DNA of 64,000 nucleotides from Octopus vulgaris. Lineage: Eukaryota. This document shows, one piece after another, positions 1 to 12,100 of this stretch. The notes beneath the pieces were generated by a model. The model saw only the letters and a list, made by a program, of their open reading frames with translations. It had not been told where the DNA came from and did no database searches. Each line of letters starts with the position of its first letter. Position 1 is the stretch's first letter. The position numbers and the translations under genes are program-made. Location: NCBI GenBank assembly GCA_951406725.2, contig OX597822.1:17236001-17300000 (forward strand), in the 5' to 3' direction.

Positions 1-191
1 CTGTAATTTGAGACAGATTTCGCTGCTATTTCTTGCAGACTTACTGATCATATTAGACTGAGCAGTAAAGTGAATTGCCTCAAATGGACAAGGTGTTGAA
101 ATCAGCTCATCTCAACGAAAACCCATCTCAGTTTGCAAGAGAGTGTGAAAAGTAATAAAAACTATCATATTCGAATAATTATTGTTTCTAA

Positions 192-2447
192 ATCATCATC
201 ATCATCGTTTAACGTCCACTTTCCATGCTGGCATGGGTTGGACGGTTTGACTGAAAACTGGTGAGACAGATGCTGCACCAGGCTCAGTCTGATTTGGCAA
301 AGTTTCTACAGCTGGATGCCCTTCCTAAAACCAACCACTCTGAGAGTGTAGTGGGTGCTTTTTACGTGCCACCAGCACGAGGGCCAGTCAGACGGTTCTG
401 GCAATGACCATACTCAAAAGGAGTTTTTACGTGCTACCTGCACAGGAGCCAGTCTGGCAGCATTGGAAACAACCATGCACGAATGTTGTTTTCCATGTGC
501 CACCGGCACATGTACTGGTATGGCGACACTGGCAATGATCATGCTCGAATGGTGCTTTTCACATGTCAGCGGCTCAAGAGCCAATCCATGGCCCTGGCAA
601 CAATCATGGTCAGATATGCTTCTTTTAATGTTCCACTGGCACGAGTGCCAATCAGGCAGTACTGTCGATGGCCAATTTTGATTTCACTTGCCTCAATAGG
701 TCTTCACAAGCAAAGTTTATTGTCTAATGAATGAGGGGTATCCATAAATGGGCTGGTTACTTGGCTTGTCGATCTTCTCAAGCACAGTATATCACAGTTA
801 CTAGTCATTGCCTCGGTAAGGCCCAATGTTTGAAGGTCATGCTTCAACACCTCATCCGAGGTTTTCCTGGGTCTACCTCTTCCACAGGTTCCCTCAACTG
901 CTAGGGTGTGACACTTTTTCACACAGCTATCCTCATTCATTCACAACACATGACCATACCAGCGCAGTCCTCTCTTTTGCACACCACATCTAATGCTTCT
1001 TAAATTCAACTTTTCTCTCAAGATACTTACACTCTGTCGTGTATGCATACTGACATTACACATATAGCGGAGCATACTGGCTTCATTCCTTGCGAGCTTA
1101 CACATATCCTCAGCAGTCACAGCCCATGCTTCACTGCCACATAGCATGGCTGTTCGCACACATGCATCATACAGTCTACCTTTTATGCTGAGCGAGAGGC
1201 CCTTTGTCACCAGCAGAGGCAGGAGCTCTCTGAACTTTGCCCAGGCTATTCTTATTCTAGCAGCTACACTTTCAGAACAACCACCCCTGCTACTGACTTG
1301 GTCCCTTAGGATCAACTAAGCTATCAACTACTTCTAGTTTTTCTATCTGGAATGTGACAGAAGCTGTTCTCTGCACATTTTCAGTGTTTATAACACCTGA
1401 GCATTTGCCACATACAAAAACTATCTTCCCAGTTAGTCTCCATTTCATATTGCTGCACCTCTTATGTGTCCATAGCTTATACTGGGTACATCTTATGGAG
1501 TTTCTACCTACGCCTTTTCTACAGATCGAGCAGGGATTTGTGGTTTGTCTGCCTTCCTACTTATTAAGACTTTGGTTTTAGCTAGGTTGACTCTAAGGCC
1601 CTTTGATTCTAATCCTTGCTTCCACACCTGAAACTTTTCCTCTAGTTCTGATAGTGACTCAGCAATTAGAGCAAGGTCATCAGCATAGAGGAGCTCCCAG
1701 GGGCATCCTGTCTTGAATTCTTCCGTTATTGCTTGGAGGACTATGATAAATAGGTGGGGGCTGAGGACTGAACCTTGGTGGACCCCCTACCTCTACCCGG
1801 AATTCTTCACTGTACTCGTTGCCAACCCTCACCTTACTAGCAGCGTCCCTGTACATGGCTCGCACAGCTCTCACTAACCATTCATGTATCCCTAGTTTCC
1901 TCATTGACCACCAGATAAGAGATTAGGGGATCCTGTCAAAGGCTTTCTCCATGTCAACGAAAGCCAGGTACAGAGGTTTATCTTTGGCTAGATATTTCTC
2001 CTGCAGCTGTCTTACCAGAAATATAGCATCAACCCTAACCCTGGCACGAAGCCAAACTGCATCTCATCTAGACTGACTCTTTCCCTAATTAGTTGGGCTA
2101 TGACCCTCTCCGTGATCTTCATTACCTGATCAAACAACTTGATACCTCTGTAATTATTTGTATCTAATGCATCACCTTTACCTTTGTAGCAGTTGACTAT
2201 TATGTTGCTACACCAGTCATTGGGTATGACTCCTTCATGTATCACCTGGTTAACGATACAGGTGATTAGGCTGATATTTTGAGCATCTCTGCAGTGATTC
2301 CTGATGGGCCAGGGGCTTTCCCTGTCGTCATACCCGTAATTGCTTTATCTACCAAGGTACTGTCAATTCGGATAGCTGGTCCCTCTGTTGGGTCAACATT
2401 CGGCAGGCTCTCTTACTCCCATTCATTCTCTTCATTTAGCAACCTTT
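192..2447 (-). mobile_element. 5'-truncated RTE-clade LINE (decayed RT ORF plus 3' UTR with (GAT)n tail)
   Basis: Minus-strand fragments read GKAPGPSGITAEMLK, KGKGDALDTNNYRGIKL, QFGFVPG, LYLAFVDMEKAFD, GCPWELLYADDLA, RIRIAWAKFRELLPLL, RWYGHV and GRGRPRKT, with frameshifts. The element ends in a (GAT)n tail at about 192-205. Confidence 0.93.
354..675. repeat. About 65-bp degenerate tandem repeat (about 5 units) in the RTE 3' UTR
   Basis: Unit ggtgcttttt-acgtgccacc-ggcac...ctggcaa-gaccat starts near 354, 420, 484, 551 and 617. Confidence 0.75.
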
Positions 2448-2583
2448 CAAAAAAACTAAAGCAAACCATTGTATTACTGGCGTGACTAATTCAACACAAA
2501 ATTTGAGAATCTTAGCATTAATCTGCTCATGTCAGTACCCTAATGTGCATTCAAATACTTGTTTTTGCACATGAATGCAAAAC

Positions 2584-4170
2584 TCTCTCTATATATAAAA
2601 CTGAGAATGTATGTCTGTCTGTCCGTCTGTGTGTTTCCCTAAAACTTGAGAACTACACAACCAATTTCATTCAAATTTTACACATGCCTTACTTAGGATC
2701 CATGTAGTTTCATGGGCAAAAAAAATGTTCAACTTCTTGCCTAGGGCAGCCCATAGCAATATCATATCTTCTCCACTATTTCAGTATTACGTGTTAAAAG
2801 TGAAACAAAAACATTTCTCTATTTTATGTCAGATACTTTCACTTTAACAATAAAAATTAGAGATAATAACAATAATTGAACTATATGTAGTAAGTAATAA
2901 TTAAAATCAAACTAAAGTATAATATAATCGTAACATAACAAAGTAAAAATAGCAATTGGTATAAAATTGCAACAATGACTTGAACTTGAATAAGTGGTTT
3001 CACATGAATGGGAATAAATTAAAAATAGAATTAGTGTGTAGAAATGGAATAGTCCAGATGGAGCTGTGCACATACCGTTTACTATGGCTTTTACATTAGA
3101 TTATCTGCTAATTAGCTAACATTAAGTATCTATATGAAGTTTGGCTGTATGTAATGTCTGTTTTCTCGAACAGCCGCTTCTACTGAGTACTGCTGTTGGT
3201 TTATTTCTTATACATAAAGGACTATAGCTTCAACTGTGTACTGCTTTTTGATTCACCATAAGGTTTGTTGTTATTATTATTACTGTTTAACTACTGTTAT
3301 CACGTTTGTTGGTTCCTTGTAAGGGAAACGTTGTTGTGTTGCATTTGTTAAATAATTGTAAACTGTAACCCTCTCCCTTTGGGAGAAGGAGCTTTGGTTA
3401 TTGTTTAAAAATTGAATTGTGTCCCTGTTTGGGGAAATTGACAATATTTTCACCGTTTATACGGAAGCATTTTTGTCAGAATGCCTTCGATAGAAGAAAG
3501 TCCAAAAATGAATTTCGCTGCAGCCGTCGGCGAGCATGAACTCATTAAAATTAAAATGGAAGAAATACAAACCTATTTCGGATTGATTACCGACAAAGAC
3601 GGTGAATCTAGGATAAGACCACCAAACGAAATAAAAAATTAAACTAAAGAAAAGACTATTGTCTATAAAGTATACAATGTAGAGAAAAAAACGATTTGAA
3701 CACCTGGAGGAAAGCACCATCGAAAAGTGTCTTGGTGCGACTATGAAAGATATCTAACTAGAGGCGGTAAATTCACCACAATAGAAGCAAGGTTTGAGTC
3801 AACGGAGCATGCAAGGGAGTACTCGGCTCAAACCTTGCAAAGTGGAAATATTTTATTTTTACATTTATATCTGGGACATCCTACATCCCGGATAAAAATT
3901 AAAAATTTCCCCCCAGAAGTAGAGGTAGGCTGGATTGTAGCCACACTTGTATACAAGAGGGAGGACAAGATACAATCGATCGAAATTGCAAGAGACGGGC
4001 CTACAATTCCAGTCTGTTATATATTTTGAGTATTGTTATCACTAGCGATATCACAATATAACTTTGTATTTTGTATTTTATATGTAGATGTATATATATA
4101 TAGATGTACATGTAATATGTACACATATATATACACATATATACATGCACTAGATGGGTCATAATGCTAG
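2584..4170 (+). mobile_element. Non-autonomous Helitron-like element (composite)
   Basis: Starts TCTCTCTATATATAAAACTG, then a (TGTC)n tract and aaccaatttcattcaaatttt, resembling Helitron/DINE-type 5' blocks. Candidate 3' end gatgggtcataatgCTAG|T at 4167-4171. The subterminal hairpin is decayed, so the 3' boundary is uncertain. Confidence 0.5.
3481..4000 (+). pseudogene. N-terminal part of an L1/Tx1-like LINE ORF1 (RRM-like), disrupted
   Basis: Reads MPSIEESPKMNFAAAVGEHEL...EKTIVYKVYNVEKKRFEHLEESTIEKCLG then, after a frameshift, YLTRGGKFTTIEARFES...YLGHPTSRIKIKNFPPEVEVGWIVATL. The FAAAV motif and the 'RIKIKNFPPE' segment resemble LINE ORF1 proteins. One stop and one frameshift. Confidence 0.55.
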
Positions 4171-4197
4171 TATTATATACAACACACGCATATATAT

Positions 4198-4348
4198 ATG
4201 GCACATAAAAGCAACCATTACACTCTGAGAGTGGTTGGCATTAGGAAGGGCATCCAGCCACAGAAAATCATGCCAAATCAGACTGGAGTCTGGCCAAACC
4301 ATCTGACTCATGACAGCATGGACAATGGACGTTAAAAGATGATGATGA
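4198..4348 (+). mobile_element. RTE 3'-tail fragment
   Basis: gagtggttggcattaggaagggcatccagcc...catgacagcatggacaatggacgttaaaagatgatgatg is the reverse complement of 192-355. Confidence 0.85.
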
Positions 4349-5179
4349 CAAACACATACACACAAGTGTATAAATGAATTTTGTCAGTTGGAACCAAAGC
4401 ACATAAGCTATTAGTTTCAGCAAAATATAGGAGACATCTGAATCTGCAATAAGCTATTTTGATTAGAGATACACAATAACAAAGAACATTTTGATTATAA
4501 AGTAGTCATCAGATTGTTCATCCCAAATCTCATGTCAGCATAACATCTACAAGGGATAAGAAATAACCACTCTCATGTAAATATTTACAGTGAAAAATCA
4601 AAGGGAGACAGTTAAAGAGAGGTAACAGGTTTAGTGGTTTAATTGTGAGAGCCAATAGCTAACAGTACAGCTAAGCAATATATCTGTCTGGAAGAGTTTT
4701 GCCAACATCTGTTCATGCTCACATTTGTATACATGATTTCTGTATCATTCAACACACATGTATTAATAGAATTATACGCATGAAGGATAGACTTGTCTAC
4801 AAGTACAATAAAATTACTGGATAATATATTATGAATAACAACTGAATAAACTGATTAAATGAATATAATTTATAAAATACATGTACATCAAATGATGGTT
4901 GTCTACATGCTTTTACTATGATATACTTTTTCATATTTCTGTATATGCATATTCACAGATCTTCTTGAGTAGATCCTCATTATCTTATGTATTGTGCTCT
5001 ATACACACTTGCAGACACATGCACATGCATAATCCATATTTTCTTGAAGCATACAACAGCTGCCACGTACATTTCAACATGTGGTGACATAAATATACAT
5101 GGATACACACATATACATGCATACATAAATATGAATTTAAACTCAAAAGGGCTGAGAATGTATATATTCTTGAACATAC

Positions 5180-5277
5180 CCCCAACTCTTTGGACTTGCA
5201 GATCTCGGTCCTTGCAACTTGGAGATGAAGTAATTCCATATGCCCTCCCACACCACGCAGGGCTCTTTTAGGCCAAT
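5180..5277 (-). CDS. Candidate internal coding exon of an unidentified host gene
   Basis: Acceptor ctcattgtctctcAG and donor GTatgt. The 98 nt are GC-richer than the flanks and have two open frames: (D)WPKRALRGVGGHMELLHLQVARTEICKSKELG or IGLKEPCVVWEGIWNYFISKLQGPRSASPKSWG. Protein not recognised. Confidence 0.45.
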
Positions 5278-5744
5278 CTGAGAGACAATGAGTAAACTAA
5301 TGAACTCTGCAGTAATCTTAATGAAATATTTGTCCCCTCTTTATGTTCCCCTTAATGCATGATACCATGTAGCACAACCTTTACAACACTCCAGAGCATC
5401 CTTACTTACTCTTCATTCAATTTTATTTCATTGCATTGACTTGCCTTTGTCTTTCACATTTTAACCCAGGGAAGACAGGCATCCAATTATATTAAAAATA
5501 CCTGTATTTGAATCCTTTGAATATGATAATGAGGAAGTAAATGAACTTGTTGCCCCCCACAAAACATTTTAAGAAAGTCAGAATGATTGATGAAAAGAAA
5601 CTGACCAGAAAAAATATATACATGCATAGAAATATATGTAAAAGTTGTGTATGTAGAAATGTATGTTTGTATAGAGATGCTGTCAGTCTATGCGCACTTA
5701 TAAACACATAAAAAAGTGTACATGGAGACTATATGAGAGTTAAT

Positions 5745-5960
5745 TATGGTTCTAAATTTTGGGAGAAGGCCAACAATTTCAAGGGTGGGGCTGAGTTGAT
5801 TACATTAACCCCAGTGCTTAATTGGTACCTATTTCATCAACCCCATAAGGACAAAAGCAAAGTCACCCCAGCAGCATTTGAACTCAGAATGTAAAGTCAG
5901 AAGAAATGCTGCTAATCGTTTCTTCCGATGTGCTCACAATTCTGCCAGCTCACCACCTTT
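5745..5960 (-). mobile_element. SINE family B (head ggtgagctggcaga...gagttcaaat; core ggggttgat.aaata.gtacc)
   Basis: Similar to copies at 14170-14383 and 27770-27975. Pol III B-box-like GAGTTCAAAT. Confidence 0.75.
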
Positions 5961-6734
5961 ATATGAAAAGTAAGAATCAGATGGCAACTAATAAGGATGT
6001 GTACAGGGACACAAACATCCGGAGGGTTACATACTACGGCATGTACACACAGTTGTGATGATGTTTCATTCTTAATAAACTATTTTTTTTATTGTGCTGT
6101 TATATATTCTTTATGTAGTCTGTATAAATTTGGAGGCAAACAATTACTCTCTACAGTTGTACTTGTAAGCAAGTATGACCTTCATGAATATAATTATACT
6201 GACACATGTATGAATAGAAGAGTAGGAAGACCTACATAAAATGGGCAGGGGTATGCAAAATGAACAGGTGTATATGACAACATTTCAAACAGGAATGTTA
6301 TTCACCTGTGCATTTTTCTACAGTTGAACTTCTGGCCTATGTAAGATTTAATTATCTTCTTTGATTCTTAATTTTAATAAATCTAAATTTTAACCCCTAC
6401 AAGAATGATTGCTTTTATTTTCCTATATTAATATCATTCCAATGAAATTTGCTTGATTATATTCCACTCGCCTTCTTGTTTGGTAATGTGTTCCTGTAAC
6501 CAAAAGATATATGTTAGTATCTCTTATATCTTGCACAAAAATCGACAATTTTAAGCCAGTTTGATTACAGCTGACAGAAATAAATCCTGCACACACTACT
6601 TTCAGACTTCCAGTATTCTTTACTTCATTAATTACCATTGGCATGTATAGTCTAACTGTTGCAAACGAGAAGAGAACAACATGCTGATCATTAGATTACT
6701 ATACATTGAAAGTTGGAAGATGACAGTTTGGGAT

Positions 6735-6825
6735 TTTAGAATTTGCTCTTTTATTATTTGTTAACTGAATATCATTAAATATAGAACCACCCACCCATCA
6801 CACACAGACAAACACACACACGAAG
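6735..6825 (+). repeat. Copy 1 of a local direct repeat of about 90 bp
   Basis: tttagaatttgct...ctgaatatcattaaatatagaac...ccatcacacac recurs at 7868-7966. Confidence 0.85.
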
Positions 6826-7377
6826 ACATATACACATATATATAGTAAGATACAGTGATACACATTTTTAGGAGTCGAATTCAACGAAACAGTTAAAGGC
6901 AAGATAGACAAACAGAACAAAAGAAAAGAAGAATGCTTTAAATACGATAAAAATCATCCTTTGAAGGATCAGCAATGAATGCAACTCATTCGAGGAATTC
7001 TCACAAAGAACAGAAAACTTGCATCCAATTGAGCAGATATAAGAAAATGAACACAAAAAGAAGTTAGTTGGAAATGGTAGCATCTTAAAGGTAGGCTAAA
7101 ATTAGATAATCATAAAATGTACAGAAGAAATGCAAAGAATAAAATTCATTAGGACATTAGTAGCAGGCAATGCCTTTAGGTTACAATCCCTACTACTATT
7201 CCTCAAAGCAAGATGTAGACACAATGATGTGTTAGATACAACAAATTTCAAAATCAGGTTGAATTAAGAGTCAGAACTTGGCATAAGCAATATAAATCCA
7301 TTAAGCAAATCCTAACCAATGTCAAGGTTGCAACATAGTGGAACTGATCTAATAGCATTGCGGAAAATCACTTTTGT

Positions 7378-7580
7378 TATGGTTTAGCCCCAAGTCAGCC
7401 TTGGTTGAACAGTCCTGTCATCAAAAGCATTCAAATTGGAACCACCATGTATCTATTGATTCATGTTGCTTGAAGGTGCAGTAAATCCAGGACTACATGT
7501 TCGATGTGTATTTCCTTTTCCTTTAAGATGGCCGAGTGTGATTTCAGGTTTATTTGGTTGCTACTCCTATTAGGTCAAGT
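7378..7580 (+). mobile_element. Dispersed repeat family C (SINE-like)
   Basis: gtttagcccc.agtcagcc...aagatgg...gatttggctgctatt pattern, also at 31438-31655, 22205-22330, 23278-23465, 40335-40515, 51370-51512 and 1-50. Confidence 0.6.
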
Positions 7581-7699
7581 GACCACAAAGAAACTCTTTG
7601 TCAAGATCTCTCGTATACAAATTATGCAATATTTGCTTCCTTTGGCACATATCATCACCACTGCCGCCGCCACCACCACCACCATTATTATCCAACATA

Positions 7700-9455
7700 T
7701 GGTAGTTTTAGGCAAATTTCTCCTGCATCACCTGTTACACCTGTGTTGCTGGGGTGTGTGCAGCATCGTGTGTTCTTTTTTGTCGTTGGGGTAGTGCATA
7801 CTTTTTCCAATATTATTGTATTACATATTTATTTTTCCTTTATGGAGCATGGTGCAGTCTTTTGTTGTTTAGAATTTGCTATTTTATTATTTGTTGACTG
7901 AATATCATTAAATATAGAACTACCCTCCCATCACACACACACACACACACAAGCGCACACATGAAGTGTTTGTATTGTCTGTTGTGTGTGTAATGCAAGT
8001 TGTGTTCTTACGTTGGGTTTCTAGCCTGTTGGTGGCTGTTTATCTTATTGGATATTTACTACAGAGTGTGTCTTGTGTTAGAGAATTGATTTGTTTGGGT
8101 TGTAATTGTTGAATTAATAGTGGCTTGTGTAGGATGTGGGCTGTTCCTAGCAGGGTTATTTTTTTGGATAGTGCATAGTGTTGAGGGTCCAGATACAGCT
8201 TTTACATTTTTGTTTGTACATATTTTCTTTATCATGCCAAATGCTATAACTATTACTGGGATTGTTTTCACCTTCATGCCCCACATCTTGAATACTTCAA
8301 TTTCGAAGCCTTTGGACTTTGACAATTTCTCCACTTCATTTTGGTCAGAAGGGACTGCAATGTCTATCAGTAAGCAGGTATATATATATATATATTTTTT
8401 TTTTGCCAATCCTTGATTATTATGTCTGGGTATTAGCTTTTATTTCTTTGTTGGTTTGAACAAGCATATCCCAGATGATTCTGGCTTGATCAATGTCATG
8501 TACCTTGTTTGGCACTTGTTTATCCCGTCTACTGTCAGTTTTTATGTTGTAGTGTTGGCATATTGTCCAGTGAATATAAATACTTACTCAGTTATGTCTG
8601 CATATATATATATATATGTGTGTATATATATGTATATTCAGGCTTGGCAAGGACAAGGGCAGCCCAAGACAATGTGGTCAACTGTCTCATTGCACTGGTT
8701 GCACATTCTTTATTTGGAGTTCAGGCCTGTTTTCATTATTCTACTTTTATAGTTGTTTGTGGTCAGGCATTGGTCTTGGGCAGCAAGAATCAGTCCTTTT
8801 GTTTTAACTTTCAGTTCAAAACTTTTGAACCATTGTTTGCTTTTACTTTGGCTCACTTCTCTTCTGCCAAGCCTTGCAAGGTATTGGCCATTGAGTGATT
8901 TTTCTCGCCATGTCTCCTTTAGAGTGTTTTGTAGTTTTGCTTCCATGTTGTTTTGTGTCTCTTTGACCATTTCTGCTGTGTTGTCATCTGAGAACAGTGT
9001 ATAAGTTTCTCTTTTGTATTTTGTCGCCTCCTTGTGTATAGAGAAAAGCATTTTCTTTTTCTTGTGTTACTTTATTACATGTAGTAATCTTCCACTTTTT
9101 GTTTCTAAGTGTTATTGTAGTCCAACTGTTGTTATTTTATAGCCATTCTCTATCTGTGTCTGGCGTCAGCCTCTTTCTGAGCAGGGTAGATATATTCTGT
9201 CTGTGTCTGCTTGGGGGTGGTGACTTCAATATGCTGTTAATAGTTTTCTGGTTTTTCTTCACTGATCTTCCAGTTTATTATGTTAAAGCTGTAATTTATG
9301 GCTGGTATGGCTAGCTTGTTTATCCCTATCATCTTATTTTTAGTTTAATGTTTAATATTAGTCTAACTCTTCTGTTATACTCTCTCCTAATTTTCTCTTT
9401 CATTTCTGAGTTATATTTTAGCTGTTTTGTTTAATCCTAGATATTTGTATCGGTG
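7700..9455 (-). mobile_element. Decayed R4/Dong-clade LINE 3' half (RT end, CCHC knuckle, restriction-like endonuclease)
   Basis: Minus strand reads YKYLG, WREKSLNGQY, GLILAAQDQ, CNETVDHIVLGCP, HWTIC, PDII, LLIDIAVPSDQN and EKLSKSKGFEIEVFKMWGMKVKTIPVIV. Frameshifted. Confidence 0.88.
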
Positions 9456-9477
9456 ATTGTGGTCTCATTTTTGTGTC

Positions 9478-9510
<33 letters not shown>

Positions 9511-9534
9511 CAACATTACCACCATCATTTCTGC

Positions 9535-9665
9535 TTACAAAATTTCAATCTCAAGGAATTAATCAATGGGAGACTAATTGTAGAAGATGCTTTCCCAAAG
9601 TAGCATGCAGTGGGATGCAACCCAGGACTATGCAGCAGCAAAGTAAATTCCCTAACCACATGACC
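9535..9665 (-). mobile_element. SINE family A 5' fragment (tRNA-like head)
   Basis: Matches the head of the 44335-44730 copy (gaagatgctttcccaaagtagcatgcagtgggat...aaccaca). Confidence 0.6.
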
Positions 9666-9724
9666 AAAATCTACACCATGGATAATATTCTACATAACAC
9701 CATATGATTCAAGAAAATTAAATA

Positions 9725-9725
9725 G

Positions 9726-9791
<66 letters not shown>
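9725..9791. repeat. (GT)n(GA)n microsatellite
   Basis: Seen directly. Confidence 0.97.
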
Positions 9792-10274
9792 CTGTATTGT
9801 GCTTAAAACCACAAAATGATAATTTAGTTCAGTTTTGAGACAAAGAATGGAATAAACCATTCCCAAGCCTTTGCAAAGGTTTTAATATTCCAAGGAATCC
9901 AAATCACCTCAAGGACAAAAGGAAACTAAAACCGATTACCCAAATACACCAAAAACAGTTGTAAGTGGATCCAGTCAAATGTATACAGCCATGGAAACAG
10001 ATATATAATACTGGTATGCTGCAGACACAGTATATGTTTGCAATTAAGAGATGATGATGACGATAGCAGTGCTGTTGTTGTTGGTGGTGGTTGTAATAAA
10101 TCAATTCTATGTTTTTATGAAACAAAAGCTGGTGAAAAACTCAAAATATATTGCCAAAAATGTTCTCAAAGTTATTTGAAAAGAAAACAATTAGTATCAA
10201 ATATAAGCATTGTACTTAGCAACCTTGATAGTCACATGCTCTGATGAATAGATATTGTCCACATTTCAACTCAT

Positions 10275-10325
10275 ATGTGTGTGTGTGTGTGTGTGTGAGT
10301 GCGTGCACATATATATATATGTATG

Positions 10326-10399
<74 letters not shown>
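10275..10399. repeat. Compound (GT)n/(TA)n/(GA)n microsatellite
   Basis: Seen directly. Confidence 0.97.
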
Positions 10400-10403
<4 letters not shown>

Positions 10404-10521
10404 GATAAACAGATAGGTATTCTATATATATTTTATATATTGTACACACACACAAACATATACACGTATGACAACAACTGCAGAAAAAAAATTAATAATG
10501 ATTATTTGACGCTTTCCAAAT

Positions 10522-10607
10522 TGAGGTCCAAGGAAAATGAGATTTCCTAAAAATCTGGAACTTTGTCAATACAAATATAATAAACTGTTTGTGGTTTCCT
10601 TTTTCTA
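10522..10607. repeat. Arm 1 of a long-range inverted repeat (partner 12212-12297)
   Basis: 10522-10570 is a perfect 49-nt reverse complement of 12249-12297. About 5 mismatches over 86 nt. Confidence 0.92.
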
Positions 10608-12100
10608 ATTCACAACTCAAAACAATAAGGGAAATATTGAAATATAAAAACCTCATCAACTAAATTAATTTCTGTCATTATATTCAACAATCACATAATT
10701 ACTATATTTGGTAACTATGGTTACTATTAACAATTTTGTCACTTTAGAACGGTTGGAAACAACTTCATGTAATTGCTTTTTCAACCTTTTAAGGTCTTTA
10801 GTTTGCAAACTCGAGGCAGAACGATGAAATTGCAATTGATATTGTACATTACAAGAAACAATTTGAGATAGAAAAGACAAGAAAGAAGCACAATGATAGC
10901 ATTTGAACTCTGTGTCTCTTGTTTTTCAGGCAACTGTGTTATATATGTTTACTCTACAGGGTACTTGCTATACCATCTCCACAAATTAGATATCACCATT
11001 TGTCTCCATTCTCTGAACTGTACCGGTTTCTCTATCTCTACAATGTAATTTATTGATTGCTTAGCACTAGTAGGACATGCTAATCTACTAGCTGCGTAGT
11101 ATAGCGTGGTGCCACAGTGATATTGTTGAGTAAAGGTTTGAATGATTAGAGAGACAGAAGAAGTAATATATTACAGTGAACAGAAGTTTGTCAATATTTT
11201 CAATAACAATACTAAAGAAGAACACAGTAAATAAAACAGGGTCTCCACTATGAATCTTTCATTAACTCTCAACTCAAAAACATATCGAAGCAGTTTCAAA
11301 ATTTCCCTTCTGGTTTTTTTTTAAACCAATCAATAAATTATATTTTCTGATATGCGCTAAGATTTTGAATGTGAGATATATAGCATGGAGTATATGTAAT
11401 TATGTCTATAACCTGCACATTAACTTAACCCAATATATTAAAGCTTTGTTAAAGCTGTCAGTGAAAGTTGAAGCACAGTTGCAAGATATATAACTAACAT
11501 TTTACTGTAATATCATCTGTCAGTTAGATTTCATTGACTTTTCTTTTTTCATTGGTGACTAGACATAAAATATACTGCAGCTGCTATCATACCATGCAAC
11601 GATGATAAATTGGAGGACAAAAAGCAGCTGCATTTCATAAACACACATACACACACACACACTCTCATACACAGCCTGAATAAAACATTTTTCATATGCT
11701 ACATTAAAAAAGAGAAGGCAACTAAATTTTCATAAAAACTTTATCCAAAAACACACATTACTTCAAGCATTAATTTTGATAGACCACTGTCTAACATTTG
11801 CACAACTGATTGCAAAATATTTGTTGTAAAGTTCAGTATGTATATGTGTGTGTGTATATACACAAACACACACACCTGTTCATCTGTCCACCAACCATCA
11901 CCATAATTTAATACCTGCCTTCTATGGGTTAGATAGTTTGATAGGATTTAGCAAGTCACACGGCTGCAACAAGCCTGGTGGGATTTGAACTTCAAACATA
12001 ACGAACTGCAACTAACACTGCAAGGCACTTTTTCTAATGCTCTAATGATTCTGCAAATCTACTGCAATAGTAGTAGTAGTAGCAATAATAATGATAATAA

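Noticed and set aside
354-675. CRISPR-like repeat-spacer appearance
   Set aside because: Units are degenerate along their whole length, the 'spacers' are homologous, there are no cas genes, and the array lies in a eukaryotic LINE 3' UTR.
355-734. Plus-strand ORFs of 108 and 83 aa
   Set aside because: Antisense readings of the RTE 3' UTR repeat. Similar peptides recur at every tail copy.
5470-5572. Plus-strand acceptor with a short frame (EDRHPIILKIPVFESFEYDNEEVNELVAPHKTF*)
   Set aside because: Good pyrimidine tract, but no partner exons or homology on that strand, and the frame is short.
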